From: Thermococcus sp. M36
Lineage (GTDB): Archaea > Methanobacteriota_B > Thermococci > Thermococcales > Thermococcaceae
Assembly (NCBI RefSeq): GCF_012027355.1
Contig: NZ_SNUH01000002.1
Location: 293,991-317,990, forward strand
DNA length: 24,000 nucleotides
Direction of reading: 5' to 3'
Part shown: positions 15,238-23,802 of the stretch, one piece after another
Layout: each line of letters opens with the position of its first letter
Position numbering within the stretch: the stretch's first letter is position 1
Position numbers and translations under genes: made by a program
Notes under the pieces: model-generated
What the model was told of the DNA's origin: nothing
What the model saw: only the letters and a program-made list of their open reading frames with translations
Database searches by the model: none

Positions 15238-15312
15238 CGATTATGGTACGCGAAAGGCGATAAAACGCTTTCGCCCGAAAGGCTTAAAGCGGGCCCGGAG
15301 TAAGCTCCCACA

Positions 15313-15852
15313 GTGAGAGCCATGGACGCAAAGACCCTCAGGAAGGGCGAGAGGTACTACAAATCCGGGAAGGTTCTCTGGGTCGTCAAGTACGGGGACA
15401 GGCTCTTCTCCAAAGTCCTCGGGACTTACCCGTACTACGTCGAGCTGAACCTGCAGACCGGCGAAAACCGCTGCACCTGCCCGCTTGGAGGAGACTGTAA
15501 GCACGTTGCGGCCGTTATGAAGGCCCACGAGAGCGGTTTCTACTTTGAGACCTTCGATAAGCACGCCGAGCTCTTCCCCGAGGCAGTTGCGATGGAGTTT
15601 CTGGCCGAAGTTCCGGAGCTGGCCCTCGACGTCACGCTGAAGGAGCTCCGCTTCGCCCTGAGCACTGACGAGAGCGGGAGCGAAGTGGCGAGGATCTTCA
15701 GGAGGGCCCTGAAGCTCGTCGAAATAACCGGAAAGCGGGAGGCCCTTCACGTCCTGGAGGAGGTCGCTGAGGAGTACAGGCACGTTTTTGAGGACTACGA
15801 ACTTTCCCTAAAGCTTGAGGACGAGCTGAGGGAGCTTGAGACGGCTCTCTAA
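15313..15852 (+). CDS. SWIM zinc-finger protein. The likely start is ATG 15322 (MDAKTLRKGERYY...).
   Basis: CTCPLGGDCKHVAAVM fits the SWIM signature C-x-C-x(n)-C-x-H, and the preceding beta-rich region (YYVELNLQTGENR) fits too. The C-terminal half is acidic and helical. Confidence 0.7.
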   Translation: MRAMDAKTLRKGERYYKSGKVLWVVKYGDRLFSKVLGTYPYYVELNLQTGENRCTCPLGGDCKHVAAVMKAHESGFYFETFDKHAELFPEAVAMEFLAEVPELALDVTLKELRFALSTDESGSEVARIFRRALKLVEITGKREALHVLEEVAEEYRHVFEDYELSLKLEDELRELETAL

Positions 15853-15859
15853 AAAAGCC

Positions 15860-15867
15860 TTATAAAT
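15860..15867 (+). promoter_or_regulatory. TATA box TTATAAAT, with an A-rich BRE-like tract, for reverse gyrase
   Basis: aaaaaagccTTATAAATcc lies 38 nt upstream of ATG 15905. GGGTGGG SD-like sequence sits 4 nt before the ATG. Confidence 0.5.
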
Positions 15868-15904
15868 CCCCCAAACACTAAATTGGAACTTAGAGGGTGG
15901 GAAA

Positions 15905-18900
15905 ATGAAGGCGATCTATCGGGAGATGTGCCCGAACTGCCTCGGTAAAATCTCCGATGAGAGGCTCTACCTTAAAAACCCTTGCGGCGTGTGCCTTGAC
16001 GGTCCCGTTCACGCTGATTCTTATTTTGACCTTGTTACTGCCGTTAGAAGTGCGCTTCAGCTCAGGGGCACGCTTAGGGAGTGGGAGAGGATATACAAGC
16101 TTGAGAGGGGAGTCCGTGAAGTAGAGGAGTTCTTCGAGAGGGCCACAGGCTTCACCTTCTGGAGCGCCCAGAGGACGTGGGTCAAGCGCCTTCTCAAGGG
16201 CAGGAGCTTCTCCATCATAGCCCCGACCGGAATGGGCAAGAGCACTTTCGGGGCCTTCATGGCAGTGTGGCACGCCACTAAAGGGAAGAAGAGCTACATA
16301 GTCGTCCCAACAACACCGCTTGTCATCCAGACCGTTAGGAAGATCAGGGCCATAGCAGAGAGGGCCGGAGTCGAGGTTAACCTCGCCTACTACCACGGCA
16401 ACCTCCGCAAAAAGGAGAAGGAGGAGATGCTTGCCAAGATACAGGGCGAGGATTACAATATCCTTGTAACCAGCGCCCAGTGGCTGGCGAGGAAGTACGA
16501 CGAGGTTCTCAGGGGAAGGCGCTTTGACTTCATCTTCGTGGACGATGTTGACGCGTTCCTTAAAGCGAGCAAGAACATAGACCGCTCCCTCCTTCTCCTT
16601 GGCTTTACTGAGGAGGTCATAAACAAAGCCTGGGAGATAATACGTCTCAAGAAGAGCATGGCGAAATACCTGAACGGCCGCGCCCAGGACAGGGGGGAGA
16701 GACTGAAGGAGCTAAACGAGGAAATTTCAAAGCTCCAGCAGGAGATTGAGGAGTTCAAGAGGAACAACCCGGTAGGCATAATGATTATAGCCTCCGCCAC
16801 CGGCTCGGCTCGCGGGGACAGGATAAAGCTCTACCGCGAGCTCCTCGGGTTCGAAGTCGGCTCTGGGAGGAGCGCGCTGAGGAACGTCGTTGACAGCTAT
16901 CTCAAGCCTACGAAAGACGTCAAGGAGCACGTGGAAGAGCTCCTCACCATGCTCGGGAAGGGAGGCATAATCTTCACCCCAATCGACCAGGGGCTCGGCT
17001 ACGCCGAGGAGCTGGTGAACTACCTCCGCGAGAGGGGGTTCAGGGTCGAGCTCGTCAGCTCGAAGAACAAAAAGGCCATAGAGAGGTTTGAAAACGGTGA
17101 GGCCGATTATCTGGTCGGCTCGGCCACCTACTACGGCTCCCTCGTCAGGGGGCTTGATCTACCGCACCTCATACGCTACGCGGTCTTTACCGGTGTTCCA
17201 AAGTTCCGCTTTTCCATAGATCTTGAGAGACCGACGATATACCGCGCCCTTGGCCTTCTCAGCGAGATAATGGAGTTCCTGAGCGACGAGGACAGGAAAA
17301 CCGCCGAGAAGCTCCACGCCCGGCTGAGAAAGCTCATCAGGAACATACCCCAGTTCGAGCTTCTCAAGATAGAGGAGGCTCTGGCCGAGGGGCTCCCTAT
17401 AGAGAGCGGCTTTCACAACCATGTTCTGGGGGTCTTCCGGGAGCTGGTGGAGTTCCTCAGGAGGGTTCTGAAGGACAGGGATGTTCTGAGGAGACTCGCT
17501 GAGGATCCCTTCATAAGCCTCAGGGAGGAGGGCGGAAAGTGGTACATCGAGATTCCAGATGTTAGAACCTACATACAGGCGACCGGGAGGACGAGCCGCC
17601 TGTTTGCCGGCGGGATCACCAAAGGTCTCAGCGTTCTCATAGTGGACAACGAGAAGGTCTTCAACGGCCTGGTAAGGCAGATGCGGTGGCGCTTCACGGA
17701 GTTCAAGATGGTGCCCTTTGAGGAGCTGAACCTCAATGAAATTCTAAAGCAGATAGACGAGGACAGGGAGAAGGTCCGGCTGGTGATGGAGGGCAAAATA
17801 AGCGCCAAGGTCAAAGACCTCGTCAAATCTGCCCTCATGATAGTCGAGAGCCCCAACAAAGCCCGGACGATAGCGAACTTCTTCGGACAGCCGAGCAAGA
17901 GGCGCATAGGCGATCTCGTTGCATACGAGGTCAGCATAGGGAACAAGATGCTGACGATCCTGGCGAGCGGAGGGCACATGTTTGATCTCGTGACCAACGA
18001 AGGGTATCATGGGGTTCTGATCGACGAGGAAGAAGGTATGATTAAGTTTATTCCTGTCTACGATACGATAAAGCGCTGCAGGGATTGTGGCCACCAGTTC
18101 GTTGACTGGGAAGAGAAAGGCGTCTGCCCGCGGTGCGGGTCGACCAACGTGCGCGACGCCCTGGAGAACGTCAATGCCATGCGCGAGATAGCCCAAGAGG
18201 TAGATGAGATACTCATCGCGACTGACCCCGACACCGAAGGTGAGAAGATAGCCTGGGACATAAGGAACGTCCTCTCACCATACACACCAAACATCAAGCG
18301 CATAGAGTTCCACGAGGTTACTAGGCCAGCAATAATGCGCGCCATTGAAGAGGCAAGGGACGTCAATGAAGGCCGCGTTAACGCCCAGCTCGTGCGCAGG
18401 ATAGAGGACAGGTGGATAGGCTTCGAGCTGAGTCAGGAGCTTCAGAGAGTTTTTGAAAACCGCAACCTCTCCGCTGGCAGGGTGCAGACCCCTGTCCTTG
18501 GCTGGATAATCGAGAGGTACAAAGAGTTCAGCGAGAGCGAGACCTACTTCCTCGGATTGACCCTCGAAAACGGCCTCCAGGTCACCGTTGAGGTTGGCAA
18601 GGACGGAAAGAACGTGGAGCCTCCGGAGTTCGTAACGGTTGAGAAGGTCGAGCTTGAGGAGAGGGAGCTGAACCCCAGTCCACCTTACACCACCGATGCC
18701 ATGCTGAAGGACGCTTCAACCTTCCTCAAGCTCTCAGCGCCTGAGACTATGCGCTTAGCTCAGGACCTGTTCGAGATGGGTCTCATCACCTACCACCGCA
18801 CTGACTCAACGCACGTCAGCAACACAGGAATAGAGATAGCTAAGGAATACATAACCCAGGAGGTCGGAGAGGAGTATTTCAAGCCCAGGCCCTGGGGTGA

Positions 18901-19588
18901 GGAGGGAACCCACGAGGCTATAAGGCCGACGAGGCCGATAGACACCGGCAGGCTGATGCAGCTCGTCCGCGACGGCATAATCCAGCTCCCTAAGAACCTC
19001 ACGAGGAACCACTACCGTCTCTACGATATGATATTCAAAAAGTTCATGACGAGCCAGATGAGGGCCGCGAGGATCCTCTTCGAGAGGGCAACGATAAACG
19101 CCGGCGTTGGAAAGGCCGAGATAGAAGGTTACATCGAGGTCATCGAGGACGGCTGGACAAGGCTCCGCTCTCCGCCGTTCAGGCAGCTGCCAAGGCTTGA
19201 GGAGGGAGCCAGGCTCAAGGTCGTGGAGGCCAAGAAGTGGAAGGCCCCGAAGGTTTCGCTCTACACGCAGGGCGACATAATAGCGCTCATGAAGGAGCAC
19301 AAGATAGGAAGGCCGTCAACCTACGCAAAGATAGTCGAAACCCTGATAAGGCGCTACTACGTCATTGAGACCCGCGGCAGAAAAAAACTGGTGCCGACCG
19401 AGCAGGGCATTAAGGTCTACCACTATCTCATAAGTAAATATAAGGAACTCGTCAGCGAGGAGAAGACCAGGGAGCTCGAAGAGCTGATGGACAGAGTTGA
19501 GGAGAATAAGGCAGACTATCAGAAGGTGCTGGAGGCGCTTTACGGGGAAATACGCCGGCACCTCAGGGCATGGCAAACAGTCTCCTGA
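15905..19588 (+). CDS. rgy: Reverse gyrase, 1227 aa, uninterrupted (no intein)
   Basis: There is an N-terminal Zn finger, [22 protein letters not shown]. Helicase motifs are [11 protein letters not shown] and IFVDDVD. Topoisomerase IA elements are the Toprim motifs [17 protein letters not shown] and [15 protein letters not shown], an internal Zn ribbon CRDCGHQF...CPRCGS, and the active-site segment [13 protein letters not shown]. Confidence 0.97.
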   Translation: MKAIYREMCPNCLGKISDERLYLKNPCGVCLDGPVHADSYFDLVTAVRSALQLRGTLREWERIYKLERGVREVEEFFERATGFTFWSAQRTWVKRLLKGRSFSIIAPTGMGKSTFGAFMAVWHATKGKKSYIVVPTTPLVIQTVRKIRAIAERAGVEVNLAYYHGNLRKKEKEEMLAKIQGEDYNILVTSAQWLARKYDEVLRGRRFDFIFVDDVDAFLKASKNIDRSLLLLGFTEEVINKAWEIIRLKKSMAKYLNGRAQDRGERLKELNEEISKLQQEIEEFKRNNPVGIMIIASATGSARGDRIKLYRELLGFEVGSGRSALRNVVDSYLKPTKDVKEHVEELLTMLGKGGIIFTPIDQGLGYAEELVNYLRERGFRVELVSSKNKKAIERFENGEADYLVGSATYYGSLVRGLDLPHLIRYAVFTGVPKFRFSIDLERPTIYRALGLLSEIMEFLSDEDRKTAEKLHARLRKLIRNIPQFELLKIEEALAEGLPIESGFHNHVLGVFRELVEFLRRVLKDRDVLRRLAEDPFISLREEGGKWYIEIPDVRTYIQATGRTSRLFAGGITKGLSVLIVDNEKVFNGLVRQMRWRFTEFKMVPFEELNLNEILKQIDEDREKVRLVMEGKISAKVKDLVKSALMIVESPNKARTIANFFGQPSKRRIGDLVAYEVSIGNKMLTILASGGHMFDLVTNEGYHGVLIDEEEGMIKFIPVYDTIKRCRDCGHQFVDWEEKGVCPRCGSTNVRDALENVNAMREIAQEVDEILIATDPDTEGEKIAWDIRNVLSPYTPNIKRIEFHEVTRPAIMRAIEEARDVNEGRVNAQLVRRIEDRWIGFELSQELQRVFENRNLSAGRVQTPVLGWIIERYKEFSESETYFLGLTLENGLQVTVEVGKDGKNVEPPEFVTVEKVELEERELNPSPPYTTDAMLKDASTFLKLSAPETMRLAQDLFEMGLITYHRTDSTHVSNTGIEIAKEYITQEVGEEYFKPRPWGEEGTHEAIRPTRPIDTGRLMQLVRDGIIQLPKNLTRNHYRLYDMIFKKFMTSQMRAARILFERATINAGVGKAEIEGYIEVIEDGWTRLRSPPFRQLPRLEEGARLKVVEAKKWKAPKVSLYTQGDIIALMKEHKIGRPSTYAKIVETLIRRYYVIETRGRKKLVPTEQGIKVYHYLISKYKELVSEEKTRELEELMDRVEENKADYQKVLEALYGEIRRHLRAWQTVS

Positions 19589-19656
19589 CCCTCCATCTCC
19601 CGGCCTAAGTGACAGATGCCGCGGATTACACGTTCGAAAGGTTACATTGATATCAC

Positions 19657-19663
19657 TTTTTTT
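19657..19663 (+). terminator. T7 run about 70 nt downstream of the rgy stop, a candidate terminator
   Basis: The sequence is gatatcacTTTTTTTactc. This is the first oligo-T tract after the stop at 19588. Confidence 0.3.
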
Positions 19664-19843
19664 ACTCATTGTGAACGTCTTGTCCGCCAATATTCCCGGC
19701 CAATTTTGCTAATCAGTAAAACCAAAAATCTTAAAACCCTCAGTGTAGTAATAGGTTTGCATTGACACGCAACAGCAATAATATCCAGGAAAGTCATCCC
19801 GGGATAATTGCCGGGACAGAAGGCATGCCACTAACAATTGGTG

Positions 19844-19858
19844 GAAAAAATTTATATG
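19844..19858 (+). promoter_or_regulatory. BRE/TATA (GAAAAAA-TTTATATG) upstream of trmBL2. A second TATA-like AAAAAATATAG lies at 19873-19883.
   Basis: TTTATATG at 19851-19858 is 46 nt upstream of ATG 19904. GGTGGTGGT SD-like sequence lies at 19891-19899. Confidence 0.5.
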
Positions 19859-19888
19859 GTATGAGACCAACTAAAAAATATAGAAAAT

Positions 19889-20698
19889 GTGGTGGTGGTA
19901 AAGATGGTTAAGGACAAGATGGTTGAGCTCCTTCAGGAGCACTTTGAGTTGAACCTCTACGAAGCAAGGGCGTACGTGGCGTTGGTTGGTTTTGGTGTCC
20001 TCACCCCGGCCGAGCTGGCCAGCGTCTCAGAGGTTCCGGCACCGAGAACCTACGACGTTCTCAGGAGCCTCGAGAAGAAGGGCTTCGCCATAAGCCAGCC
20101 CGGAAAGGTCAACAAGTACAGGCCCGTCCACCCGCAGAACATCCTCGAGAAGTTCATCGAGGAGTGGCAGGAGCGCGTTGCGGAAGAGCTTGAGGCCAAG
20201 AAGAGGGCCAAGGAAGAGCTCCTCCAGCTCATGAGCCCGCTCATCGAGACCGAGATTCCGAAGTACGGCGTCGAGAAGGTCTGGGTCGTCCGCGGAATAA
20301 GGAACGCCACCCTCAAGACCAAGGAGATGTTTGAGGAGGTCAAGGAGCAGATACTCCTCGCCGACGACGGTTACATCGCCATCAACCTCGAGAGCGACAT
20401 CATCAAGGCGATAAACAACGGCGCCAAGGCCAAGATAATCGTCACCGAGAACGTCTACCACAGGCTCAGCGCTTCCAAGATACTCGACTACCACAAGGCA
20501 GGCAAGCTTGAGCTGAGGGTCATAGACAAGCTCGAACTCCCGATGCTCATCTGCGACGACGAGGTCTTCTTCGCCCTCGAGGACATGGCTGCCAGGTACT
20601 TCAACTACGAGACCCAGATATGGATCAAGGACTTCCGCGTCAAGGCCCTCTTCGAGGGCAAGTTCAACGAGTACTGGGATAAGGGAGAGAAGGTCTGA
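19889..20698 (+). CDS. trmBL2: TrmB-family wHTH protein of the TrmBL2 type (chromatin-associated global repressor in Thermococcales). The likely start is ATG 19904 (MVKDKMVELLQEHF...).
   Basis: MVELLQEHFELNLYEARAYVALVGFGVLTPAELASVSEVPAPRTYDVLRSLEKKGFA is the TrmB N-terminal wHTH. The full-length pattern, including ...LPMLICDDEVFFALED...YETQIWIKD...FNEYW, matches my recollection of TrmBL2. From memory, TrmBL2 also sits next to rgy in T. kodakarensis. Confidence 0.8.
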   Translation: MVVVKMVKDKMVELLQEHFELNLYEARAYVALVGFGVLTPAELASVSEVPAPRTYDVLRSLEKKGFAISQPGKVNKYRPVHPQNILEKFIEEWQERVAEELEAKKRAKEELLQLMSPLIETEIPKYGVEKVWVVRGIRNATLKTKEMFEEVKEQILLADDGYIAINLESDIIKAINNGAKAKIIVTENVYHRLSASKILDYHKAGKLELRVIDKLELPMLICDDEVFFALEDMAARYFNYETQIWIKDFRVKALFEGKFNEYWDKGEKV

Positions 20699-20710
20699 AC
20701 TCCTTCGGCC

Positions 20711-20737
20711 TTTCTATTCCCTTTTCCCTGTCTTTTC
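20711..20737 (+). terminator. T-rich tracts in the 65-nt convergent spacer after trmBL2
   Basis: The sequence is tttctattcccttttccctgtcttttc. The complementary strand also offers ttgttttcaatttg for the converging 303-aa gene. Confidence 0.3.
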
Positions 20738-20763
20738 TGCAAATTGAAAACAAGGAAAGGTCG

Positions 20764-21675
20764 TCATTTTCTCCTGAGGACGAGTAAAAGTGTGGCGAGC
20801 AGAACCAGAAAGGCCAGCCCGCAGATTTTGCGGTTTTCTTTCGTGCTGGTGGGAGTTTTTGACGTGCTGGATTGTGTGTGGGTAGTGTTGATTTTTCCAA
20901 TCGTTCTGGTTGAGGTGTTCGTAACTTCTTTGCAAATCGTTACGTTGACGATTTTAACGCTATTCGGAAACCAGAAGCCGTTTATCACGTTCGTAGTGTT
21001 GATGTAAAAGAGTGTAACGTTCCTCGTTAAATTGCCCTTTTTAAGAGTGAAATAAACTGGAAACTGAGTCCAGTTAACGACCAGGGGCAGCAGGGGAGAC
21101 CAGGTGGTATCGCTCGCGTTTGCAACAAGGAAGAAATTTCTTGGAACCTCGATTTTCCAGCCGTTTATCTCTTTCTTGAACACCTCCTTTTCGAGTTGAG
21201 ACCAGCCCGCGTTGACGCGTTCAACGCAGAATTTTTTCGTATCTAACCGGTAAACGTAGTCCACGTTCACACCACTCTGAGCCTCTGCAGAGTAAGCGAA
21301 GACGCTCACGTTAACGTACCAAGAACCGTTCACGTAAGTTATTCCCTTGAAATACACCCCACTCACGTTCCTGGGGGCGTAAGGAGGAAGACTTGAGAGC
21401 AGGGCAGGAGTGAAGTTCAGAAGGTAGAGCTGAGAACCATCGAAGAAGAGGAGATACTCGTAAACATCATACACCTCAGCCCAACAGTTCTCCATCATAC
21501 CACAAGTGATGCCGTAGTTGTCAACCTCAGCGCGAATCAGAGCGTTTGTCCCGTTTGAGAAGACAGTGTAGTGAACCCCATAGAGAAAACCGCCTGAATT
21601 CACGTAGTAGACTGCCGAAACCGGAACGGTGAGGAAAAGAAGGGCAATAAAGAGGGGAATCACCAGTCGGGACAT
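20764..21675 (-). CDS. Secreted, sequon-rich protein with a CGP-CTERM-like tail (variant Cys-Gly-Leu), 303 aa
   Basis: The signal peptide is MSRLVIPLFIALLFLTVPVSA. I count 13 N-x-S/T sequons by eye. A Thr/Ser-rich linker (NTTHTQSSTSKTPTSTKENRK) is followed by ICGLAFLVLLATLLLVLRRK, which is Cys-Gly, a hydrophobic helix and a basic end. Confidence 0.75.
   Translation of the reverse strand: MSRLVIPLFIALLFLTVPVSAVYYVNSGGFLYGVHYTVFSNGTNALIRAEVDNYGITCGMMENCWAEVYDVYEYLLFFDGSQLYLLNFTPALLSSLPPYAPRNVSGVYFKGITYVNGSWYVNVSVFAYSAEAQSGVNVDYVYRLDTKKFCVERVNAGWSQLEKEVFKKEINGWKIEVPRNFFLVANASDTTWSPLLPLVVNWTQFPVYFTLKKGNLTRNVTLFYINTTNVINGFWFPNSVKIVNVTICKEVTNTSTRTIGKINTTHTQSSTSKTPTSTKENRKICGLAFLVLLATLLLVLRRK
20795..20829. 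repeat. 35-nt DNA repeat copy A, encoding the CG-x-AFLVLLA tail
   Basis: gcgagcagaaccagaaaggccagcccgcagatttt compared with copy B at 22862-22896 gives 30/35 identical, with a 17-nt perfect core agcagaaccagaaaggc. Confidence 0.8.
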
Positions 21676-22676
21676 TTTGACCTCACCTTATCGACGACTC
21701 TCAAGTCGGTGCCGAAGTAGTATGCCCTGTCTGGAAAGATGGTGTTTATAGCCCGTTCTGGAGGAACTGGAGCCTTATGGAACACTTCAGAGTAAACTTT
21801 CAAAATTGAACTAACGTAATCACAGGCGCGATTAATGCACTTTTGTTCTGTTTCTGGAGTGGGCTTTTCGTCACATCCAACTCTTTCCACGAAGTGATTG
21901 TCCTTCCACCATCCTTGAGTGCTTTTGCAGTACGCACAGTTGCTCTGTTCTCCAATTATGCTGTTGTCGGCCTCCATCTCAATAGAAAGGCCATGTTTCT
22001 TCATCCACTTCACGCGGGATACCAACTCCTGCAGAGTGTAATCACTTCCGTCGTCTAATTTAGTAGTCTGATAGTAGTGAGGCTGAACGAACACGTGGTC
22101 AAAATACTCTGCAAGGGTTGGAATAGTGACATAGTCAGAGTTGGTTATCCACTTCATAGCCCTGTTTCCAATAGTGGGAATCCAGATTAGTTCCTGTCCA
22201 TGTCCGTGGACGTAATTATATAGGCCTTGGATGAACTCCCTAGAGACGTTTTCACCGTGAGGTCCTGTTTGGAGAGGGCTCTCGTAACTCCAGTAAAAGC
22301 CCTTCATGTTGTCAATATCGACGGAAAGAACTCCATCAATCCAACCCCTGTAGTATGAATCTGGGACACTTGAAAAAGACGCTTGGGTCTGATCCCTCTG
22401 CCTGCCATCGGGGCGACTAAAAGGGATTGTTATGTAAAGTGGCGTGTCAATGCCCAGGGGGAGAACCCATTCCGCTAACTCTCTCCCGTCGTTGTACCCA
22501 TTAGAGTACATAAAACCACTGCAGTGAGAGTTACGCCCTTCACCATCCAGTATTATCAACCTATCAAAACCCCTCTCCTTGAAGTCATCAACAGTGGCTT
22601 TCCTGCCCCCAACCGTCATCCTTGACTCGTAGTTAGAGCCGTTCCACCTAATCCACCATAGTGCGAACTTTGCCAC
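21660..22676 (-). CDS. Cys-rich hypothetical enzyme-like protein, 338 aa (GTG start), with no signal peptide. It may be a TIM-barrel glycoside-hydrolase-like fold (DUF4855-like; a guess).
   Basis: It has alternating strand-end motifs: RLIILDGEG, KGFYWSYESP, ELIWIPTIGN, HVFVQPHYYQ, GLSIEMEADN. The C-terminal third holds 7 Cys, out of 8 in the whole protein. Its last 16 nt overlap the start of the downstream 303-aa gene. The family call is from memory only. Confidence 0.5.
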   Translation of the reverse strand: MAKFALWWIRWNGSNYESRMTVGGRKATVDDFKERGFDRLIILDGEGRNSHCSGFMYSNGYNDGRELAEWVLPLGIDTPLYITIPFSRPDGRQRDQTQASFSSVPDSYYRGWIDGVLSVDIDNMKGFYWSYESPLQTGPHGENVSREFIQGLYNYVHGHGQELIWIPTIGNRAMKWITNSDYVTIPTLAEYFDHVFVQPHYYQTTKLDDGSDYTLQELVSRVKWMKKHGLSIEMEADNSIIGEQSNCAYCKSTQGWWKDNHFVERVGCDEKPTPETEQKCINRACDYVSSILKVYSEVFHKAPVPPERAINTIFPDRAYYFGTDLRVVDKVRSKCPDW

Positions 22677-22705
22677 GAGACATCACCATCATGAGTACTA
22701 CAAGG

Positions 22706-22718
22706 CCATATAAAAACC
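22706..22718 (-). promoter_or_regulatory. TATA box (minus strand GGTTTTTATATGG) for the 338-aa/303-aa gene pair
   Basis: The TATA core ends 32 nt upstream of GTG 22676, which implies a very short leader or none. Confidence 0.5.
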
Positions 22719-22759
22719 TGTTTGGATTTCTACTTGTCAAAATTGCAACACAACGATTC

Positions 22760-22780
22760 AAAAAACAAAAGGTAAAAACC
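22760..22780 (-). terminator. Oligo-T terminator candidate after the 324-aa gene (minus strand GGTTTTTACCTTTTGTTTTTT)
   Basis: Three T runs (T5, T4, T6) lie about 50-70 nt downstream of the stop at 22828 and upstream of the next TATA box. Confidence 0.4.
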
Positions 22781-22827
22781 AATTACTCAGCTTTGGTTCA
22801 AATCTCCCCATGTGTTCTTTTACTGTA

Positions 22828-23802
22828 TTACTTACGTCTCCGTACTGCCAGCGCTGATGTTGCCAGCAGAACCAGAAAGGCAGTGCCGCAGATTTTTCTC
22901 CCGTGTGTAGCGGGTTTGTGTAGTTCAGCGGTGGCGTTTGTGGCAGACACGACTGGCTTCTCGCATACAAGCTCGCTAAAATCTGGGGGCACTTCAAGCA
23001 GGGAAACCGTCCCGTTTTCGATCCTAGAGAGCAGAGGGGCTTCATCAAGGCCCTCTCCAGCGGGAAGTTGCACCACCTCCCTGTTGATCAGCACGATCCC
23101 TCTTTTCGCCTTGAAAGCTGTTAAGCGGAGCATTGATGCGTTTATATCCCCTGGAAGCGTGGCGGTGTAGTCCTTTCCCTCAAAGTTGAATGCTATCCTT
23201 CCCTCTCTGGCCTCCACGTAGCTCCCGTAGGTCTGCGTTGAGGGGAGCTTAAAGGCCGAGACGTTAAGTTGCGCTCCGTTGCACCTTTTGGTCACGGTTC
23301 CGTTTGGGTAGGCGGTGATGGTGCACTCTGAAACCTTCTCAAGGCAGTTCCCTTCAAAGCGGTATGTCTCCCTTACGGTCACGTTCTTGATGAGCGTGAA
23401 GTTCTTTGGTTCGCCGTCGATGGTTAAGGTGACGTTTTTGTACGGTTCCTTGGATTTCTCCACCTTAAGCACGTAGAACGTTCCGTTTATCATGCCAACC
23501 GGAGTTGTATTCATGAGCGAAGGCCCGTATCCCCCGAGCAGAAAGGCTCGCTCCCCGTCCGTCAGGACGTAGTATTCTTGGAGAGAATTCGCGAAGTCCA
23601 GCCTGCTCTCCCATTCTCCGGCTATCATCCCGCAGACGTAGCTGTCGTGCTCGACGACGATGAGCAACCAGCCGTTTATAGGATAAACTCCCTTGACGAG
23701 GTAAACCTCATAGGCAGAGCAATCCGCCGAGACCGCCCGAGTTGAAGAGGGGATTAAGAGGATTAACGTTAGGAGAGCTATGAACTTTCTGATACGCGCC
23801 AC
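22828..23802 (-). CDS. Secreted, sequon-rich protein with a CGP-CTERM-like tail (variant Cys-Gly-Thr), 324 aa; paralog of the 303-aa protein
   Basis: The signal peptide is MARIRKFIALLTLILLIPSSTRAVSA (GTG start). There are 10 N-x-S/T sequons. The tail is HGRKICGTAFLVLLATSALAVRRRK. The N-terminal domain is shared with the 303-aa protein (DSYVCGMIAGEW / NYGITCGMMENCW; EYYVLTDGERAFLL / EYLLFFDGSQLYLL). Confidence 0.75.
   Translation of the reverse strand: MARIRKFIALLTLILLIPSSTRAVSADCSAYEVYLVKGVYPINGWLLIVVEHDSYVCGMIAGEWESRLDFANSLQEYYVLTDGERAFLLGGYGPSLMNTTPVGMINGTFYVLKVEKSKEPYKNVTLTIDGEPKNFTLIKNVTVRETYRFEGNCLEKVSECTITAYPNGTVTKRCNGAQLNVSAFKLPSTQTYGSYVEAREGRIAFNFEGKDYTATLPGDINASMLRLTAFKAKRGIVLINREVVQLPAGEGLDEAPLLSRIENGTVSLLEVPPDFSELVCEKPVVSATNATAELHKPATHGRKICGTAFLVLLATSALAVRRRK
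22862..22896. repeat. 35-nt DNA repeat copy B, encoding the CG-x-AFLVLLA tail
   Basis: The sequence is gccagcagaaccagaaaggcagtgccgcagatttt. See copy A. Confidence 0.8.

Noticed and set aside
15905-19588. Checked reverse gyrase for an intein or a split
   Set aside because: The helicase and topoisomerase motifs are contiguous and in the normal order. The length (1227 aa) is typical of intein-free enzymes, and no Cys/Ser...HN-Cys/Ser/Thr splice-junction blocks were seen.
19651-19656. TATCAC, half of the Thermococcales glycolytic motif (TATCAC-N5-GTGATA) bound by TrmB-family regulators, upstream of trmBL2
   Set aside because: No GTGATA partner lies at N5 spacing (the sequence continues TTTTTTTACTC). 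An isolated hexamer is expected by chance.
19737-19803. Possible C/D-box sRNA on the minus strand (ATGACTT ... CTGA, about 62 nt apart)
   Set aside because: The C-box candidate matches only 4/7 of RUGAUGA. No acceptable C'/D' pair exists at the required about 12-nt guide spacing, and there is no terminal stem. A similar look at 4895-4935 (GTGAAGC...CTGA) failed for the same reasons.
22795-22808. GGTTCAAATCTCCC, resembling a tRNA T-arm/T-loop, which could be a tRNA fragment or integration att remnant
   Set aside because: The flanking bases (ctttGG...CTccc) cannot form a 5-bp T-stem. No acceptor or anticodon arm can be drawn, and the surrounding sequence is AT-rich, unlike hyperthermophile tRNAs. 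Most likely chance.
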